Of a stretch of DNA of 64,000 bases, positions 20,001 to 31,484 are shown in pieces. Each line of letters starts with the position of its first letter. The stretch's first letter is position 1. The stretch is from an uncultured Eubacteriales bacterium. Its GTDB lineage: Bacteria; Bacillota; Clostridia; Oscillospirales; Acutalibacteraceae. The notes below the pieces were generated by a model. The model was not told where the DNA came from, made no database searches, and saw only the letters and a program-made list of their open reading frames with translations. The position numbers and the translations under genes were made by a program. The stretch lies in NCBI GenBank assembly GCA_900320605.1, contig ONSY01000077.1, positions 9,035-73,034 on the forward strand. The letters are read 5' to 3'.

Positions 20001-20665
20001 CTGATAACGAAAACGGAGACCGGAAAACATATCTGATTCCGTTCGGTGCCAGAATCGCTGTTCACGAGGGCGATATGATCAAAGCCGGTGACCGCCTGAC
20101 GGAAGGTTCTGTCAATCCGCACGATATTCTTGCGATCAGTGGTGTCCATGCGGTTCAGAACTACCTTATTCAGGAAGTCCAGAGTGTTTACCGTATGCAG
20201 GGCGTTGATATCAACGATAAACATATTGAGGTTATTGTGCGTCAGATGCTCCGCAAGGTAAAGGTGGATGATCCGGGTGATACCAATCTTCTTCCGAGCC
20301 TTCTCTCTGAGAAGAATGAGGTCCTTTGGGAGAACGAACAGATAGAAGAGCGGCAGAAAGCCGGCGAAATCGATCTGCGTCCTGCTACTTATACCCAGAT
20401 CCTGCTCGGTATAACAAAGGCTTCGCTTGCAACGGATTCGTTTATGTCCGCTGCATCCTTCCAGGAGACGACCCGTGTTCTGACCGACGCGGCGATCAAG
20501 GGGAAGACAGACAACCTTCTCGGTTTGAAGGAAAACGTTATCATCGGAAAACTTGTTCCGGCAGGTACCGGTATGAGCTGCTACAATAACATAGTGGTTG
20601 AGGCAGAACCGGAGGAAACCCCTGCAGCCGAAAATACCGCAGCGCCGGAACCGGAAGCTTCCTAA
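17099..20665 (+). CDS. rpoC: DNA-directed RNA polymerase subunit beta prime
   Basis: Zinc-finger [20 protein letters not shown], catalytic [12 protein letters not shown], and trigger-loop region. Confidence 0.97.
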   Translation: MEFSEFSSIKIGLASPDMIRAWSHGEVKKPETINYRTLKPERDGLFCERIFGPQKDWECHCGKYKRIRYKGKICERCGVEVTRAKVRRERMGHIELAAPVSHIWYFKGIPSRMGLLLDISPRMLEKVLYFALYIVTDPGPVREIQKYQMLTEKEYRDLREKYEDDFEAGMGAEAIQKLLAEIDLDEKSEELQDELAGATGQKRVRILKRLEVVEAFRQSGNRPEWMIFNVIPVIPPDIRPMVQLDGGRFATSDLNDLYRRVINRNNRLRRLLELGAPDIIVRNEKRMLQEAVDALIDNGRRGRPVTGPNNRPLKSLSEMLKGKQGRFRQNLLGKRVDYSGRSVIVVGPELKMYQCGLPKEMALELFKPFVMKRLVETGAAGNIKAARKAVERARPEVWDALEIVIKNHPVLLNRAPTLHRLGIQAFEPVLVEGRALKLHPLACTAYNADFDGDQMAVHLPLSAEAQAEARFLMLAAGNLLKPSDGRPVTVPTQDMVLGSYYLTLDRDGEKGEGKVFKDIDEALMAFDNKLLGIHARIRVRRSAVVNGEKVTGLVETTPGRIIFNRPIPQDLGFVDRSDPEKALGFEIDFLVGKSQLGKIIDKCIKIHGTEITSEVLDEIKAQGYKYSTLSAITVAVSDATIPPEKQTIIANAEEHIDEITDEFRNGLLSEDERKTAVLRIWEKATNDVTSALQAGLDRYNPIYMMADSGARGSMSQIRQLAGMRGLIANTSGKVIEIPIRANYREGLNVLEYFISSRGARKGLADTALRTADSGYLTRRLVDVSQDVIVREDDCGTNDGLEIYDIMEGNSMIEPLSERLIGRYLIEDYKDENGNVLVSKDKMMDDNDAEIITSRGTKSISIRSVLNCRAHHGVCKKCYGANLANGLPVTVGEAVGIIAAQSIGEPGTQLTMRTFHTGGVASAEDITQGLPRVEELFESRKPKHLAIISEIAGEVSFEEIKKNTHVVVTDNENGDRKTYLIPFGARIAVHEGDMIKAGDRLTEGSVNPHDILAISGVHAVQNYLIQEVQSVYRMQGVDINDKHIEVIVRQMLRKVKVDDPGDTNLLPSLLSEKNEVLWENEQIEERQKAGEIDLRPATYTQILLGITKASLATDSFMSAASFQETTRVLTDAAIKGKTDNLLGLKENVIIGKLVPAGTGMSCYNNIVVEAEPEETPAAENTAAPEPEAS

Positions 20666-20716
20666 AGTAATCCGTTCTGCGATTTTCGGAAACATCCTTT
20701 TCAGAAATGAAAAAGC

Positions 20717-20746
20717 TTGACAAATGCAGGAATTATGCGGTATAAT
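20717..20746 (+). promoter_or_regulatory. Promoter of the rpsL-rpsG-fusA (str) operon
   Basis: TTGACA, 18-nt spacer, TATAAT. A roughly 135-nt leader follows, containing GCGGGGG/CCCCCGC and CGCGTTTT/AAAACGCG hairpins. Confidence 0.7.
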
Positions 20747-20884
20747 TAATATTCGTGCGGGGGAGAAATCCCCCGCGCAGAACGCGTTTTGCAAAAGTGC
20801 CAAAAAAGCGCTGAAAACGCGGAATTTCTTGTATTTCAAGGCTAAATCCTTGTAAATAAAAATCTATAGGTAAGGAGGTGTCTT

Positions 20885-21310
20885 ATGCCAACCTTTAATC
20901 AGTTAGTCCGTACAGGTCGTGAAGTAAGCGAGAAGAAGGCGAAAGCCCCGGCTCTGCTGCGCGGATGGAACTCCAAGAAGAGAGTTGCAATCGATCAGGA
21001 TTCCCCGCAGAAACGCGGTGTCTGCACAACGGTTAAAACTGCTACGCCGAAAAAGCCGAATTCTGCGCTTCGCAAGATCGCGAGAGTCCGTCTTTCAAAC
21101 GGGATTGAGGTTTCCGCTTACATCCCTGGTGTCGGTCACAACCTGCAGGAGCACTCCGTCGTTATGATTCGCGGCGGCCGTGTAAAAGACTTGCCTGGTG
21201 TACGTTACCATATTATCCGTGGTACCCTTGACGCTCAGGGCGTTGCAGGACGTATGCAGGCTCGCTCCAAGTATGGTGCGAAACGACCCAAGGCAGGAAA
21301 GAAGAAATAA
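20885..21310 (+). CDS. rpsL: 30S ribosomal protein S12
   Basis: MPTFNQLVR...[10 protein letters not shown]... Confidence 0.97.
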   Translation: MPTFNQLVRTGREVSEKKAKAPALLRGWNSKKRVAIDQDSPQKRGVCTTVKTATPKKPNSALRKIARVRLSNGIEVSAYIPGVGHNLQEHSVVMIRGGRVKDLPGVRYHIIRGTLDAQGVAGRMQARSKYGAKRPKAGKKK

Positions 21311-21472
21311 AATCACCTGCCCAAAATCGAAAACGAAGATTGGCTGAGGACACCGTTTCCGAACTTATAGAGACGGAGCGATTTTTAGACAAAAAGATCA
21401 AAAGCCTCTTTGCCAGCGGGAGTTTTCACTTTCGAGTACCGAAGATATCATTTTTATGAAGGAGGGAAGAGG

Positions 21473-21943
21473 ATGCCAAGAAGAGGTAACGTTCCAAAAC
21501 GTGACGTTTTGCCGGATCCGCTTTACAATTCCAAGCTTGTTACCCGTCTGATCAATAACATTATGCTTGACGGGAAAAAGGGCGTAGCTCAGAAAATCGT
21601 TTATGATGCATTTGAATTAATCGCACAGAAGACGGGAAAAGAGCCGCTTGAAGTATTTGAACAGGCTATGGAAAACATCATGCCGCAGCTGGAAGTCAAA
21701 GCTCGCCGTGTCGGCGGCGCGACTTATCAGGTGCCGATCGAGGTTCGTCCCGCCAGAAGACAGACACTTGGTCTGCGCTGGATTACGAACTTTGCGAGAC
21801 AGAGAAGCGAACGCACGATGAAGGACAGACTTGCAAACGAAATTCTTGATGCCATCAATGGAAACGGCGGCGCTGCAAAACGCCGTGATGAAATGCATCG
21901 TATGGCTGAAGCGAATAAAGCGTTTGCACATTTCAGATGGTAA
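21473..21943 (+). CDS. rpsG: 30S ribosomal protein S7
   Basis: [20 protein letters not shown]... Start moved to the ATG at 21473, which follows GGAGGGAAGAGG. Confidence 0.97.
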   Translation: MPRRGNVPKRDVLPDPLYNSKLVTRLINNIMLDGKKGVAQKIVYDAFELIAQKTGKEPLEVFEQAMENIMPQLEVKARRVGGATYQVPIEVRPARRQTLGLRWITNFARQRSERTMKDRLANEILDAINGNGGAAKRRDEMHRMAEANKAFAHFRW

Positions 21944-22004
21944 TTCACTTACTTTAAGTTAGTAAATCACATTTTTACCCATAGGATCAACGAAGGAGGA
22001 AACT

Positions 22005-24086
22005 ATGCCGAGGCAGGTTTCACTGGAATTAACAAGAAATATCGGCATCATGGCTCATATCGACGCCGGTAAAACGACGACTACCGAACGGATTCTCTAT
22101 TATACGGGAATCAATCATAAGATTGGAGAAACTCACGACGGTGCCGCCACGATGGACTGGATGGATCAGGAAAAAGAACGCGGAATTACGATTACTTCCG
22201 CGGCAACGACCTGCTTCTGGAAGGGACATCGTATCAACATCATCGATACTCCCGGTCATGTGGATTTTACCGTAGAGGTAGAGCGTTCGCTGCGCGTTCT
22301 TGACGGTTCCGTTACCGTGTTTTGTGCCAAGGGCGGCGTAGAGCCTCAGTCCGAGACCGTCTGGCGTCAGGCGGAGGAATACAAAGTACCGAGAATGGCG
22401 TATGTAAACAAGATGGACATCATGGGTGCGGATTTCTACCGCGTTATCGACATGATGAAAACACGTCTGAAGTGCAACGCTGTTCCGATTCAGCTTCCGA
22501 TCGGAAAAGAAGAAACATTCCGCGGGATCATTGATCTCGTAGATAATGTTGCAGAGGTTTATTATGATGACCTGGGCAACGACGTTCGGGAAGAACCGAT
22601 TCCGGAAGACATGCGTGAACTCGCCGAGAAGTACCGCAATGAGCTGATTGAAAGCGTTGCGGAACTAGACGATGATATGATGGAGAAATATTTCTCCGGC
22701 GAAGAAATCAGCGCTTCCGAAATCAAGCGTGTTATTCGCCGCGCAACGCTGGAAAACCGCATGGTACCCGTTACCTGCGGAACCTCTTACCGCAACAAGG
22801 GTGTTCAGAAGCTTCTCGACGCAATCATCGATTACATGCCTTCTCCGACCGATGTTCCCGCAATACGCGGAATCAATCCGAATACCGAGGAAGAAGAAAC
22901 GAGACCTTCATCCGATGATGAGCCGTTCGCAGCTCTTGCATTTAAAATCGCGACGGATCCATTCGTTGGAAAACTTTGTTTCTTCCGCGTATATTCAGGA
23001 ACACTTGAGGCGGGTTCGAGTGTTTACAACGCAAACAAGGATAGCCGTGAACGTATCGGCAGAATTCTGCAGATGCATGCGAATCACCGCCAGGATATCG
23101 AAAAAGTCTACGCCGGTGATATCGCGGCGGCTGTTGGTCTGAAGAATACCACGACCGGTAACACGCTCTGTGATGAACGTCATCCGATCGTTCTGGAATC
23201 TATGGTATTTCCTGAGCCTGTTATCCGTGTTGCAATCGAACCGAGAACACGCGCCGGTCAGGAAAAGATGGGTATCGCTCTTGCAAAATTAGCGGAAGAG
23301 GATCCAACTTTCAAAGCCTATACCGATGAGGAAACAGGACAGACGATTATCGCTGGAATGGGCGAGCTTCATCTTGAGATAATCGTTGACCGTCTGCTTC
23401 GCGAATTTAAGGTAGAGGCAAATGTCGGTAAACCGCAGGTTGCCTATAAAGAGACAATTCGCCGCGGTGCCGAAATGGAAACTAAATATGCCCGTCAGTC
23501 AGGTGGTAAAGGTCAGTACGGTCACGTTAAGATCCGTATTGAACCAAACCCCGGCAAGGGTTATGAGTTCGTTAACGAAGTAGTAGGCGGAACTATTCCG
23601 AAGGAATATATTCCAGCTGTCGATCAGGGTATTCAGGGCGCGATGCTTTCAGGCGTTTTAGCCGGATACAATGTCGTAGATGTAAAAGTAACGCTTTACG
23701 ACGGATCCTACCATGAGGTCGACTCCTCGGAGATGGCCTTCAAGATCGCCGGTTCGATGGCATTCAAGGATGCGATGCGCAAGGCGGATCCTGTACTTCT
23801 TGAGCCGATCATGAAGGTAGTCGTGATTGTTCCGGAGGAGTATATGGGCGATGTAATCGGAGATCTGAACTCCCGCCGTGGAGCAATCCAGGGAATGGAA
23901 GTAATCCCCGGCGCTCAGCAGATCAACTGCCTTGTCCCGCTTTCCGAAATGTTTGGTTACGCGACGGATCTGCGTTCAAAAACGCAGGGACGCGGACAAT
24001 ATACGATGGAACCGAATTCCTATGCGGAGATCCCGAAGAGCATCTCCGAAAAAGTAATCGCTACTCGTGCGAACAAAAATGATTAA
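22005..24086 (+). CDS. fusA: Elongation factor G
   Basis: 693 aa; [25 protein letters not shown] and NKMD motifs; str operon context. Confidence 0.97.
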   Translation: MPRQVSLELTRNIGIMAHIDAGKTTTTERILYYTGINHKIGETHDGAATMDWMDQEKERGITITSAATTCFWKGHRINIIDTPGHVDFTVEVERSLRVLDGSVTVFCAKGGVEPQSETVWRQAEEYKVPRMAYVNKMDIMGADFYRVIDMMKTRLKCNAVPIQLPIGKEETFRGIIDLVDNVAEVYYDDLGNDVREEPIPEDMRELAEKYRNELIESVAELDDDMMEKYFSGEEISASEIKRVIRRATLENRMVPVTCGTSYRNKGVQKLLDAIIDYMPSPTDVPAIRGINPNTEEEETRPSSDDEPFAALAFKIATDPFVGKLCFFRVYSGTLEAGSSVYNANKDSRERIGRILQMHANHRQDIEKVYAGDIAAAVGLKNTTTGNTLCDERHPIVLESMVFPEPVIRVAIEPRTRAGQEKMGIALAKLAEEDPTFKAYTDEETGQTIIAGMGELHLEIIVDRLLREFKVEANVGKPQVAYKETIRRGAEMETKYARQSGGKGQYGHVKIRIEPNPGKGYEFVNEVVGGTIPKEYIPAVDQGIQGAMLSGVLAGYNVVDVKVTLYDGSYHEVDSSEMAFKIAGSMAFKDAMRKADPVLLEPIMKVVVIVPEEYMGDVIGDLNSRRGAIQGMEVIPGAQQINCLVPLSEMFGYATDLRSKTQGRGQYTMEPNSYAEIPKSISEKVIATRANKND

Positions 24087-24089
24087 GTC

Positions 24090-24117
24090 TTGATTTTTTC
24101 AGGATTTATGATACAAT
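24090..24117 (+). promoter_or_regulatory. Internal promoter upstream of tuf (copy 1 of a recurring module)
   Basis: AGTCTTGATTTTTTC...TTTATGATACAAT: TTGATT, 16-nt spacer, TGnTACAAT. Confidence 0.6.
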
Positions 24118-24162
24118 CATAAAGGGTTTATAAAAGAGACAGTAATAAAGGAGGATAACTCA

Positions 24163-25365
24163 ATGGCAAAGGCAAAATTCGAAAGAACCAAACCACATGT
24201 AAACATCGGCACCATCGGTCACGTTGACCATGGTAAGACCACCCTGACTGCTGCGATCACAAAAGTCCTCGGTTTCAAGGGCGACGCTGAATTTGTTGAT
24301 TATGCCAACATCGATAAGGCTCCGGAAGAGAGAGCCCGTGGTATCACGATCAATACCGCTCACGTAGAATATCAGACCGACAAGCGTCACTATGCGCATG
24401 TTGACTGCCCCGGTCACGCTGACTATGTTAAGAACATGATCACCGGTGCTGCTCAGATGGACGGTGCGATCCTCGTCGTATCCGCAGCTGATGGCCCGAT
24501 GCCCCAGACTCGTGAACATATCCTGCTTGCCCGTCAGGTTGGTGTTCCTTATATCGTAGTTTATATGAACAAAGTTGATCAGGTTGACGATCCTGAGCTT
24601 CTTGAACTTGTTGAAATGGAAATCCGTGACCTCCTGAACGAATATGGTTTCCCGGGTGATGAAACTCCGATCATTAAGGGATCTGCTCTTCAGGCTCTCG
24701 AATCCACTTCTACTGATATCAATGCTCCGGAATATCAGTCCATCCTTGAACTTATGGACGCTGTTGACGAGTTCATTCCGACTCCGGAAAGAACTGCTGA
24801 TCTCCCGTTCCTGATGCCTGTTGAAGACGTTTTCACGATCACTGGCCGCGGCACTGTTGCTACGGGTAGAGTTGAGCGTGGTCAGCTCCATATGAACGAA
24901 ACCGTCGAAATCATCGGCCTCACTGAAGATAGAAGATCCACCGTTGTTACCGGTATCGAGATGTTCCGTAAACTGCTTGATTACGCTGAGGCTGGCGACA
25001 ACATCGGCGTTCTCCTCCGTGGTGTTCAGAGAAAAGAAATCGAAAGAGGACAGGTTCTTGCGAAACCCGGTTCGATTCATCCTCATACCGTATTTGATGG
25101 TCAGGTTTATGTCCTGAAAAAAGATGAAGGCGGCCGTCATACTCCGTTCTTCTCGAACTATCGCCCGCAGTTCTTCTTCAGAACCACTGACGTTACCGGT
25201 GTTATCACGCTTCCCGAAGGCACTGAAATGTGCATGCCTGGCGACAACGTTGTTATGCACGTTGAGCTGATCACCCCGATCGCTATTGAACAGGGACTTC
25301 GTTTCGCTATCCGTGAAGGTGGCCGTACGGTTGGTTCCGGTGTTGTTACCGCGATCGACGAATAA
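24163..25365 (+). CDS. tuf: Elongation factor Tu
   Basis: [33 protein letters not shown]... Confidence 0.98.
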   Translation: MAKAKFERTKPHVNIGTIGHVDHGKTTLTAAITKVLGFKGDAEFVDYANIDKAPEERARGITINTAHVEYQTDKRHYAHVDCPGHADYVKNMITGAAQMDGAILVVSAADGPMPQTREHILLARQVGVPYIVVYMNKVDQVDDPELLELVEMEIRDLLNEYGFPGDETPIIKGSALQALESTSTDINAPEYQSILELMDAVDEFIPTPERTADLPFLMPVEDVFTITGRGTVATGRVERGQLHMNETVEIIGLTEDRRSTVVTGIEMFRKLLDYAEAGDNIGVLLRGVQRKEIERGQVLAKPGSIHPHTVFDGQVYVLKKDEGGRHTPFFSNYRPQFFFRTTDVTGVITLPEGTEMCMPGDNVVMHVELITPIAIEQGLRFAIREGGRTVGSGVVTAIDE

Positions 25366-25379
25366 TTGTTCCTAATAAG

Positions 25380-25417
25380 AAAAGCCATTCCGAGATATCG
25401 GAATGGCTTTTTCTTTT
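25380..25417 (+). terminator. Rho-independent terminator after tuf
   Basis: AAAGCCATTCCG / CGGAATGGCTTT 12-bp stem followed by TTCTTTT. Confidence 0.85.
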
Positions 25418-25424
25418 GATAGTC

Positions 25425-25452
25425 TTGATTTTTTCAAGGTTTATGGTATCAT
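25425..25452 (+). promoter_or_regulatory. Promoter of the lipoprotein gene (copy 2 of the recurring module)
   Basis: AGTCTTGATTTTTTC...TTTATGGTATCAT: TTGATT, 16-nt spacer, TGnTATCAT. Confidence 0.55.
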
Positions 25453-25501
25453 TTATATATATTTGTTATATTATGTTTCACGATAAAGAGGAGATTCATT
25501 A

Positions 25502-26398
25502 ATGAGAAAACCATTTCGGATCTTATTTTCAATTTTGTTTCTTGCGTTGATGCTTACTGCCTGTGCTTCAGAAAAAAGCAGCCTGGACTCAGCTCAGCCT
25601 GAAATCGCCAGCATTACCAGCGGGAGAAAGGGAGTTGTTATCACAGTAAATCCAGTCGATGGTGTTAATTCATACCGTATTCTGCGGAAAAATGAAGATC
25701 AGAAATGGGCTGTTTACGCACATTCTAAATCTGCGAGTTATACGGATGAAGGTGTTGAAAGCGGCGGGACGTATTCCTATACTGTTCTGTGTGAATCCGA
25801 TGATGGGACGAAAATGCGCAGCGGATACGACAAAACAGGGAAGACGATTACGTATATCAGTCCACCGGAACTTTCGGGAATCTCCAATGTCTTTGGCGGT
25901 GTCAAAGTCGAGTGGAAGGCACCGAAAGGTGCTGTAAAATATCGCGTGTTCCGTAAGAACCTTGAAGAAGGGGATGACGCGGAATGGAAACCGGTTGCGA
26001 GCACTTCGGCTTTGAATATTACTGATACTTCTGTGATTTCCGGAAAGGAATACGCCTACACAGTCCGTTGCCTGGATAATTCAGACAGTTACTGCAGCAG
26101 TTTCGATGCGGCTGGGTTAACTGCACAGTATTTCGAGGCACCTGTTCTCAGAGGTATTATTCGTATAAACGGCAATGTTCGTATAACCTGGAGCCCGGTG
26201 GAAGGTGCGGATCAGTACCGGGTCTATCGAAAGGATGAAGCGAGTTCCTGGCAGGCTCTGATTGATACGACCAGTACGAAATTCATCGATGAAACCGCGC
26301 AGGAAGGAAAGACATATACTTATGTTGTCCGCTGTCTCGATATTTACGGACGGCTGATTAGTTCCTTCGATCCGCAGGGCGTTTCAATTATGATGTGA
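25502..26398 (+). CDS. Lipoprotein with three FN3-like repeats
   Basis: Signal peptide with lipobox LTAC. Three roughly 60-aa repeats each end in ...Y(R/K)(V/I)(F/Y/L)RK...(G)(T/K)(Y/E)(S/A/T)Y(T/V)V(L/R)C. Confidence 0.75.
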   Translation: MRKPFRILFSILFLALMLTACASEKSSLDSAQPEIASITSGRKGVVITVNPVDGVNSYRILRKNEDQKWAVYAHSKSASYTDEGVESGGTYSYTVLCESDDGTKMRSGYDKTGKTITYISPPELSGISNVFGGVKVEWKAPKGAVKYRVFRKNLEEGDDAEWKPVASTSALNITDTSVISGKEYAYTVRCLDNSDSYCSSFDAAGLTAQYFEAPVLRGIIRINGNVRITWSPVEGADQYRVYRKDEASSWQALIDTTSTKFIDETAQEGKTYTYVVRCLDIYGRLISSFDPQGVSIMM

Positions 26399-26540
26399 AG
26401 CAGACAATGAAAAGACAAGATTAGAATAAGTGAATCCATAAGCTTAGACTGAAAATTCTATTAAGAAATCGGAAGGGTCTGGTATCTGTGATGAACAGGT
26501 GTCAGACCCTTTAATGATGCTTGATTAAACTGCTGACAAA

Positions 26541-26577
26541 TTAAAAGGAAGCTTTCCGTTCATCAGAAAGCTTCCTT
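26541..26577 (-). terminator. Terminator after gdhA
   Basis: AAGGAAGCTTTC / GAAAGCTTCCTT 12-bp stem; a T-rich tract follows on the minus strand. Confidence 0.8.
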
Positions 26578-26630
26578 AGAGTGATTAATTGATTTGAAGT
26601 AGAATGCGCTTCTGAGATACTTGCGGGATG

Positions 26631-27989
<1,359 letters not shown>

Positions 27990-28029
27990 TTACGCTTCTG
28001 AATAAAGCGTATTAAAAAATTCGATTGAT

Positions 28030-28058
28030 ATTATATTACAAACAAATCTGAAATGCAA
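28030..28058 (-). promoter_or_regulatory. gdhA promoter
   Basis: On the minus strand: TTGCAT, 17-nt spacer, TATAAT. Confidence 0.6.
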
Positions 28059-28129
28059 TAGTATTCGTGTGAGCATTATTTTTTTTCATGAAAAACGAAC
28101 GGCGCTTGAGAGATTTTGAGATGTGAATA

Positions 28130-28158
28130 TTGACAGCGCTTTTGATTTCGAATAAAAT
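28130..28158 (+). promoter_or_regulatory. glnA promoter
   Basis: TTGACA, 17-nt spacer, TAAAAT. Confidence 0.6.
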
Positions 28159-28193
28159 AAACTTGATTATTTTTAGTTTTGGGGGCATACACA

Positions 28194-29525
28194 ATGGGTG
28201 CTTACACGAAAGAAAAAATCATGGAAATCGTAAAGGAAAAAGACGTGCGGTTTATCCGTCTCCAGTTTACGGATATTTTCGGCACTCCGAAAAATGTTGC
28301 GATTACAGTAAGCCAGCTCGAAAGAGCGCTTGGAAATCAGTGTATGTTTGATGGATCCTCAATTGAAGGATTTGTGCGCATTGATGAATCAGATATGTAT
28401 CTGCACCCGGATCTTGATACGTTTGTTCTGTATCCCTGGCATAAACACCGCGGCGGTATTGCACGTATTATCTGCGATGTATTTAAACCGGATGGTGAAC
28501 CGTTCGAAGGAGATCCCAGGTACATCCTCAAACGTGCACTTTCAGAAGCAGCGGAAATGGGTTTCACTTTCAACGTTGGCCCGGAATGCGAGTTCTTCCT
28601 GTTCAACAACGATGAATTCGGTCATCCTACAACGCAGACATATGATACAGCCGGCTATTTCGACCTTGGTCCGGTTGATGTCGGTGAAAGTGTTCGCCGT
28701 GACATCTGCCTTAATCTCGAAGAGATGGGTTTTGAAATTGAAGCAAGTCATCATGAATGCGCTACAGCACAGCATGAGATCGATTTCAAATACAGTGAGG
28801 CACTGCATTCCGCAGATAATATTGTAACTTTCAAGATGGCGGTAAAATCGATTGCATTTTCTCATGGTATGTCTGCGACTTTTATGCCGAAGCCGATCTT
28901 TGGAATTGCGGGGAGCGGTATGCACATCAATATGTCTTTAATGAAAGATGGAAAAAACGCATTCTGCGATCCGGACTCGAAAGATGGTCTGTCTGATATT
29001 GCCCACAGCTTTATCGCTGGTGTAATGCGTCATATCAAAGGTATCTGCGCACTGACAAACCCGCTGGTAAACTCCTATAAACGCCTGGTTCCCGGATTTG
29101 AGGCACCGTGTTATATTGCATGGACATCCGCGAATCGCAGCGCACTGATCCGTGTTCCAACCGCACGCGGCAACGGTACCCGTATCGAACTGAGAAATCC
29201 GGATCCGTCATGCAATCCGTATCTTACTTTTGCACTTCTGCTTTCTGCCGGACTTGAAGGTATCCGAGAAAATCTGACTCCTCCCGTACCGGTTCAGACG
29301 AATATTTATGACCTATCCGAAAAGGAACTTGATCAGCTTGGTATCGAAAGCCTGCCGGATAGCCTTCAGGCCGCTGTTGCTGAAATGAAGCGTGATCCGT
29401 TTGTTAAATCTGTCCTCGGTAATCATGTTTACGGTAAATATGTTGAAGCGAAGGAAGATGAATGGAAACGTTTTTCCACGACGGTGACGGAATGGGAAAC
29501 AAATGAGTATTTGGGTAAGTACTGA
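28194..29525 (+). CDS. glnA: Glutamine synthetase, type I
   Basis: MGAYTKEKIMEIVKEKDVRFIRLQFTDIFG aligns with the Bacillus GlnA N-terminus; FEIEASHHE and NPLVNSYKRLVPGFEAP motifs. ATG at 28194 follows GGGGG. Confidence 0.95.
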   Translation: MGAYTKEKIMEIVKEKDVRFIRLQFTDIFGTPKNVAITVSQLERALGNQCMFDGSSIEGFVRIDESDMYLHPDLDTFVLYPWHKHRGGIARIICDVFKPDGEPFEGDPRYILKRALSEAAEMGFTFNVGPECEFFLFNNDEFGHPTTQTYDTAGYFDLGPVDVGESVRRDICLNLEEMGFEIEASHHECATAQHEIDFKYSEALHSADNIVTFKMAVKSIAFSHGMSATFMPKPIFGIAGSGMHINMSLMKDGKNAFCDPDSKDGLSDIAHSFIAGVMRHIKGICALTNPLVNSYKRLVPGFEAPCYIAWTSANRSALIRVPTARGNGTRIELRNPDPSCNPYLTFALLLSAGLEGIRENLTPPVPVQTNIYDLSEKELDQLGIESLPDSLQAAVAEMKRDPFVKSVLGNHVYGKYVEAKEDEWKRFSTTVTEWETNEYLGKY

Positions 29526-29559
29526 TATTTTCTTGCTCAGATAAGAAAGGATTCTCCAT

Positions 29560-31386
29560 ATGTGTGGAATTGTCGGTTATATCGGTAATGAGGAAGCTGC
29601 TCCATGGCTTCTGCAGGGACTAACAAAACTTGAATATCGCGGTTATGATTCAGCGGGAATTGCGGTATTTGAAAGCGGCAGCATTCGTGTAGCAAAATCG
29701 AAAGGCCGCCTTCAGAATCTGATCGAGCTGACTCACAATGGTTCGGATTTTCATGGAAGGCTCGGAATCGGTCATACCAGATGGGCGACACACGGCGCTC
29801 CGAGTGATATTAACTCGCATCCTCAGACGAGTGAGCTCGGGAAGTTCGCTGTTGTACATAACGGAATCATAGAGAATTATCTGGAACTTCGTACGTTTCT
29901 CTCCGATCGCGGTGTTTCCTTTGTTTCTGAAACTGATACCGAGGTAGTTGCTCAGCTTCTGGAATACTACTATACAGGCAACATCTTCGAAGCGATCGGG
30001 AAAACACTTGCTCGTGTTACCGGATCCTACGCGCTTGGAATCCTCTGCCGTGATGATCCGAATACCCTTTATGCTGCTCGAAAGGATAATCCGCTGATTA
30101 TCGGTGTCGGAAAGGGAGAGAACTTCATTGCTTCCGATATTCCTGCGCTTCTTTCAAAAACACGAGAGGTAATTCGTCTTTCGGATCTGGAGATCGCCCG
30201 TCTCCGTGCTGATTCGGTTGAGGTTTTCGGACTGGATTTTGAACCGGTTCAGAAAAAGACCGAACTGATAACATGGGACGTGTCTGCTGCAGAAAAGGGA
30301 GGATATCCTCATTTCATGTTTAAAGAGATCATGGAACAGCCAAAAGCGGTTGCCGATACGATTTCCCCCCGTATTAAAGACGGACGCATTGTTTTAGATG
30401 AAGTATCCTTTACAAGCGACGAATTAAAGGAACTTGATCGGATCTGCATTCTCGCTTGCGGTTCTGCATATCACGTCGGAATGATTGCGAAGTACGTATT
30501 TGAAGAGATGCTCCGTATTCCGACTGAAGTTACAATTGCTTCAGAGTTTCGTTATGAAAATCCGATTGTCAGTGAAAAGACACTTGCTATTATTGTCAGT
30601 CAGTCCGGTGAAACAGCTGATACTCTCGAAGCAATGCGTGAAGCGAAACGTCGCGGGGCAAGAACCCTGTCTATTGTTAATGTTGTCGGAAGCGCAATCG
30701 CACTTGAGGCAGATGATGTTATTTATACATGGGCTGGTCCTGAGATTGCTGTTGCGACAACAAAGGCGTACAGCACCCAACTGGCCGTAATCTATCTGAT
30801 CGCAATCTATTTTGCTGATCTGATGGGAAAACTGTCTTCTGAAGAGTACGATTTTCTTGTTTCAGAACTTTTGAAGCTGCCTAAAAAAATAAGCAATCTG
30901 CTTGGGAAAAAAGATGCTGTTCAGTATGTTGCTTCGAAATGCTTCAACGCTAAAAACATCTTTTTTATCGGACGTAATCTAGATTATGCAATGAGCCTTG
31001 AAGGTTCTCTGAAACTGAAGGAAATCTCCTATATCCATTCTGAGGCGTACGCAGCCGGAGAGCTTAAGCACGGGACGATTTCACTAATTGAAGATGGAAC
31101 GCTGGTTGTCGCACTTTCAACTTACGCACGGCTATTTGAGAAGATGCGCAGCAACATTCTTGAGGTGAAAACACGTGGTGCAACTGTTCTCGGATTGTTT
31201 ACTGAGAATGGGGGAGCGGAAAGCTCCAAAGCGGATTTCTCATTGGAAATTCCTCAGGCACCAAGTGTCTTCCTTCCTTCTCTTGCAATCGTACCGCTTC
31301 AGCTTTTCGCATATTATATTGCAGCAATGAAAGGCTGCGATATTGATAAACCGCGCAACCTTGCTAAGTCAGTTACAGTTGAATGA
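29560..31386 (+). CDS. glmS: Glutamine--fructose-6-phosphate aminotransferase
   Basis: MCGIVGYIG with the N-terminal nucleophile Cys; two SIS domains; C-terminal KSVTVE. Confidence 0.97.
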   Translation: MCGIVGYIGNEEAAPWLLQGLTKLEYRGYDSAGIAVFESGSIRVAKSKGRLQNLIELTHNGSDFHGRLGIGHTRWATHGAPSDINSHPQTSELGKFAVVHNGIIENYLELRTFLSDRGVSFVSETDTEVVAQLLEYYYTGNIFEAIGKTLARVTGSYALGILCRDDPNTLYAARKDNPLIIGVGKGENFIASDIPALLSKTREVIRLSDLEIARLRADSVEVFGLDFEPVQKKTELITWDVSAAEKGGYPHFMFKEIMEQPKAVADTISPRIKDGRIVLDEVSFTSDELKELDRICILACGSAYHVGMIAKYVFEEMLRIPTEVTIASEFRYENPIVSEKTLAIIVSQSGETADTLEAMREAKRRGARTLSIVNVVGSAIALEADDVIYTWAGPEIAVATTKAYSTQLAVIYLIAIYFADLMGKLSSEEYDFLVSELLKLPKKISNLLGKKDAVQYVASKCFNAKNIFFIGRNLDYAMSLEGSLKLKEISYIHSEAYAAGELKHGTISLIEDGTLVVALSTYARLFEKMRSNILEVKTRGATVLGLFTENGGAESSKADFSLEIPQAPSVFLPSLAIVPLQLFAYYIAAMKGCDIDKPRNLAKSVTVE

Positions 31387-31418
31387 TTTCCACATTCTTG
31401 CGTATAACTCTTTTAATA

Positions 31419-31447
31419 TTGAATTAAGCACAGAAATGTGCTATAAT
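31419..31447 (+). promoter_or_regulatory. Promoter of the xylB operon
   Basis: TTGAAT, 17-nt spacer, TATAAT. Confidence 0.6.
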
Positions 31448-31484
31448 ACAATTAAATAAAAAAAGGAAACAGGTGGGATGATTT

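Noticed and set aside
17141-20839. Very long antisense ORFs inside rpoC (17141-18355, 404 aa; 19220-20839, 539 aa)
   Set aside because: They fully overlap a highly conserved gene on the opposite strand. They have Arg/Ser/Phe-rich low-information composition and no SD. They are typical mirror-frame artefacts of codon-biased genes.
24160-25260. 366-aa antisense ORF covering tuf
   Set aside because: A shadow ORF of EF-Tu with no SD and an implausible composition.
28179-28193. TTG start giving MGAYT-MGAYT, a 5-codon tandem duplication at the glnA N-terminus whose copies differ mainly at third positions
   Set aside because: There is no SD before the TTG, whereas GGGGG is correctly spaced for ATG 28194. 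ATG 28194 reproduces the canonical GlnA N-terminus (compare MAKYTREDIEKLV). The upstream copy more likely serves as the SD region, and a 15-nt similarity can arise by chance.
29526-29559. Looked for a glmS ribozyme upstream of glmS
   Set aside because: Only 34 nt separate glnA from glmS, so there is no room for the ribozyme core. Its absence is reported as a finding, not as a feature.
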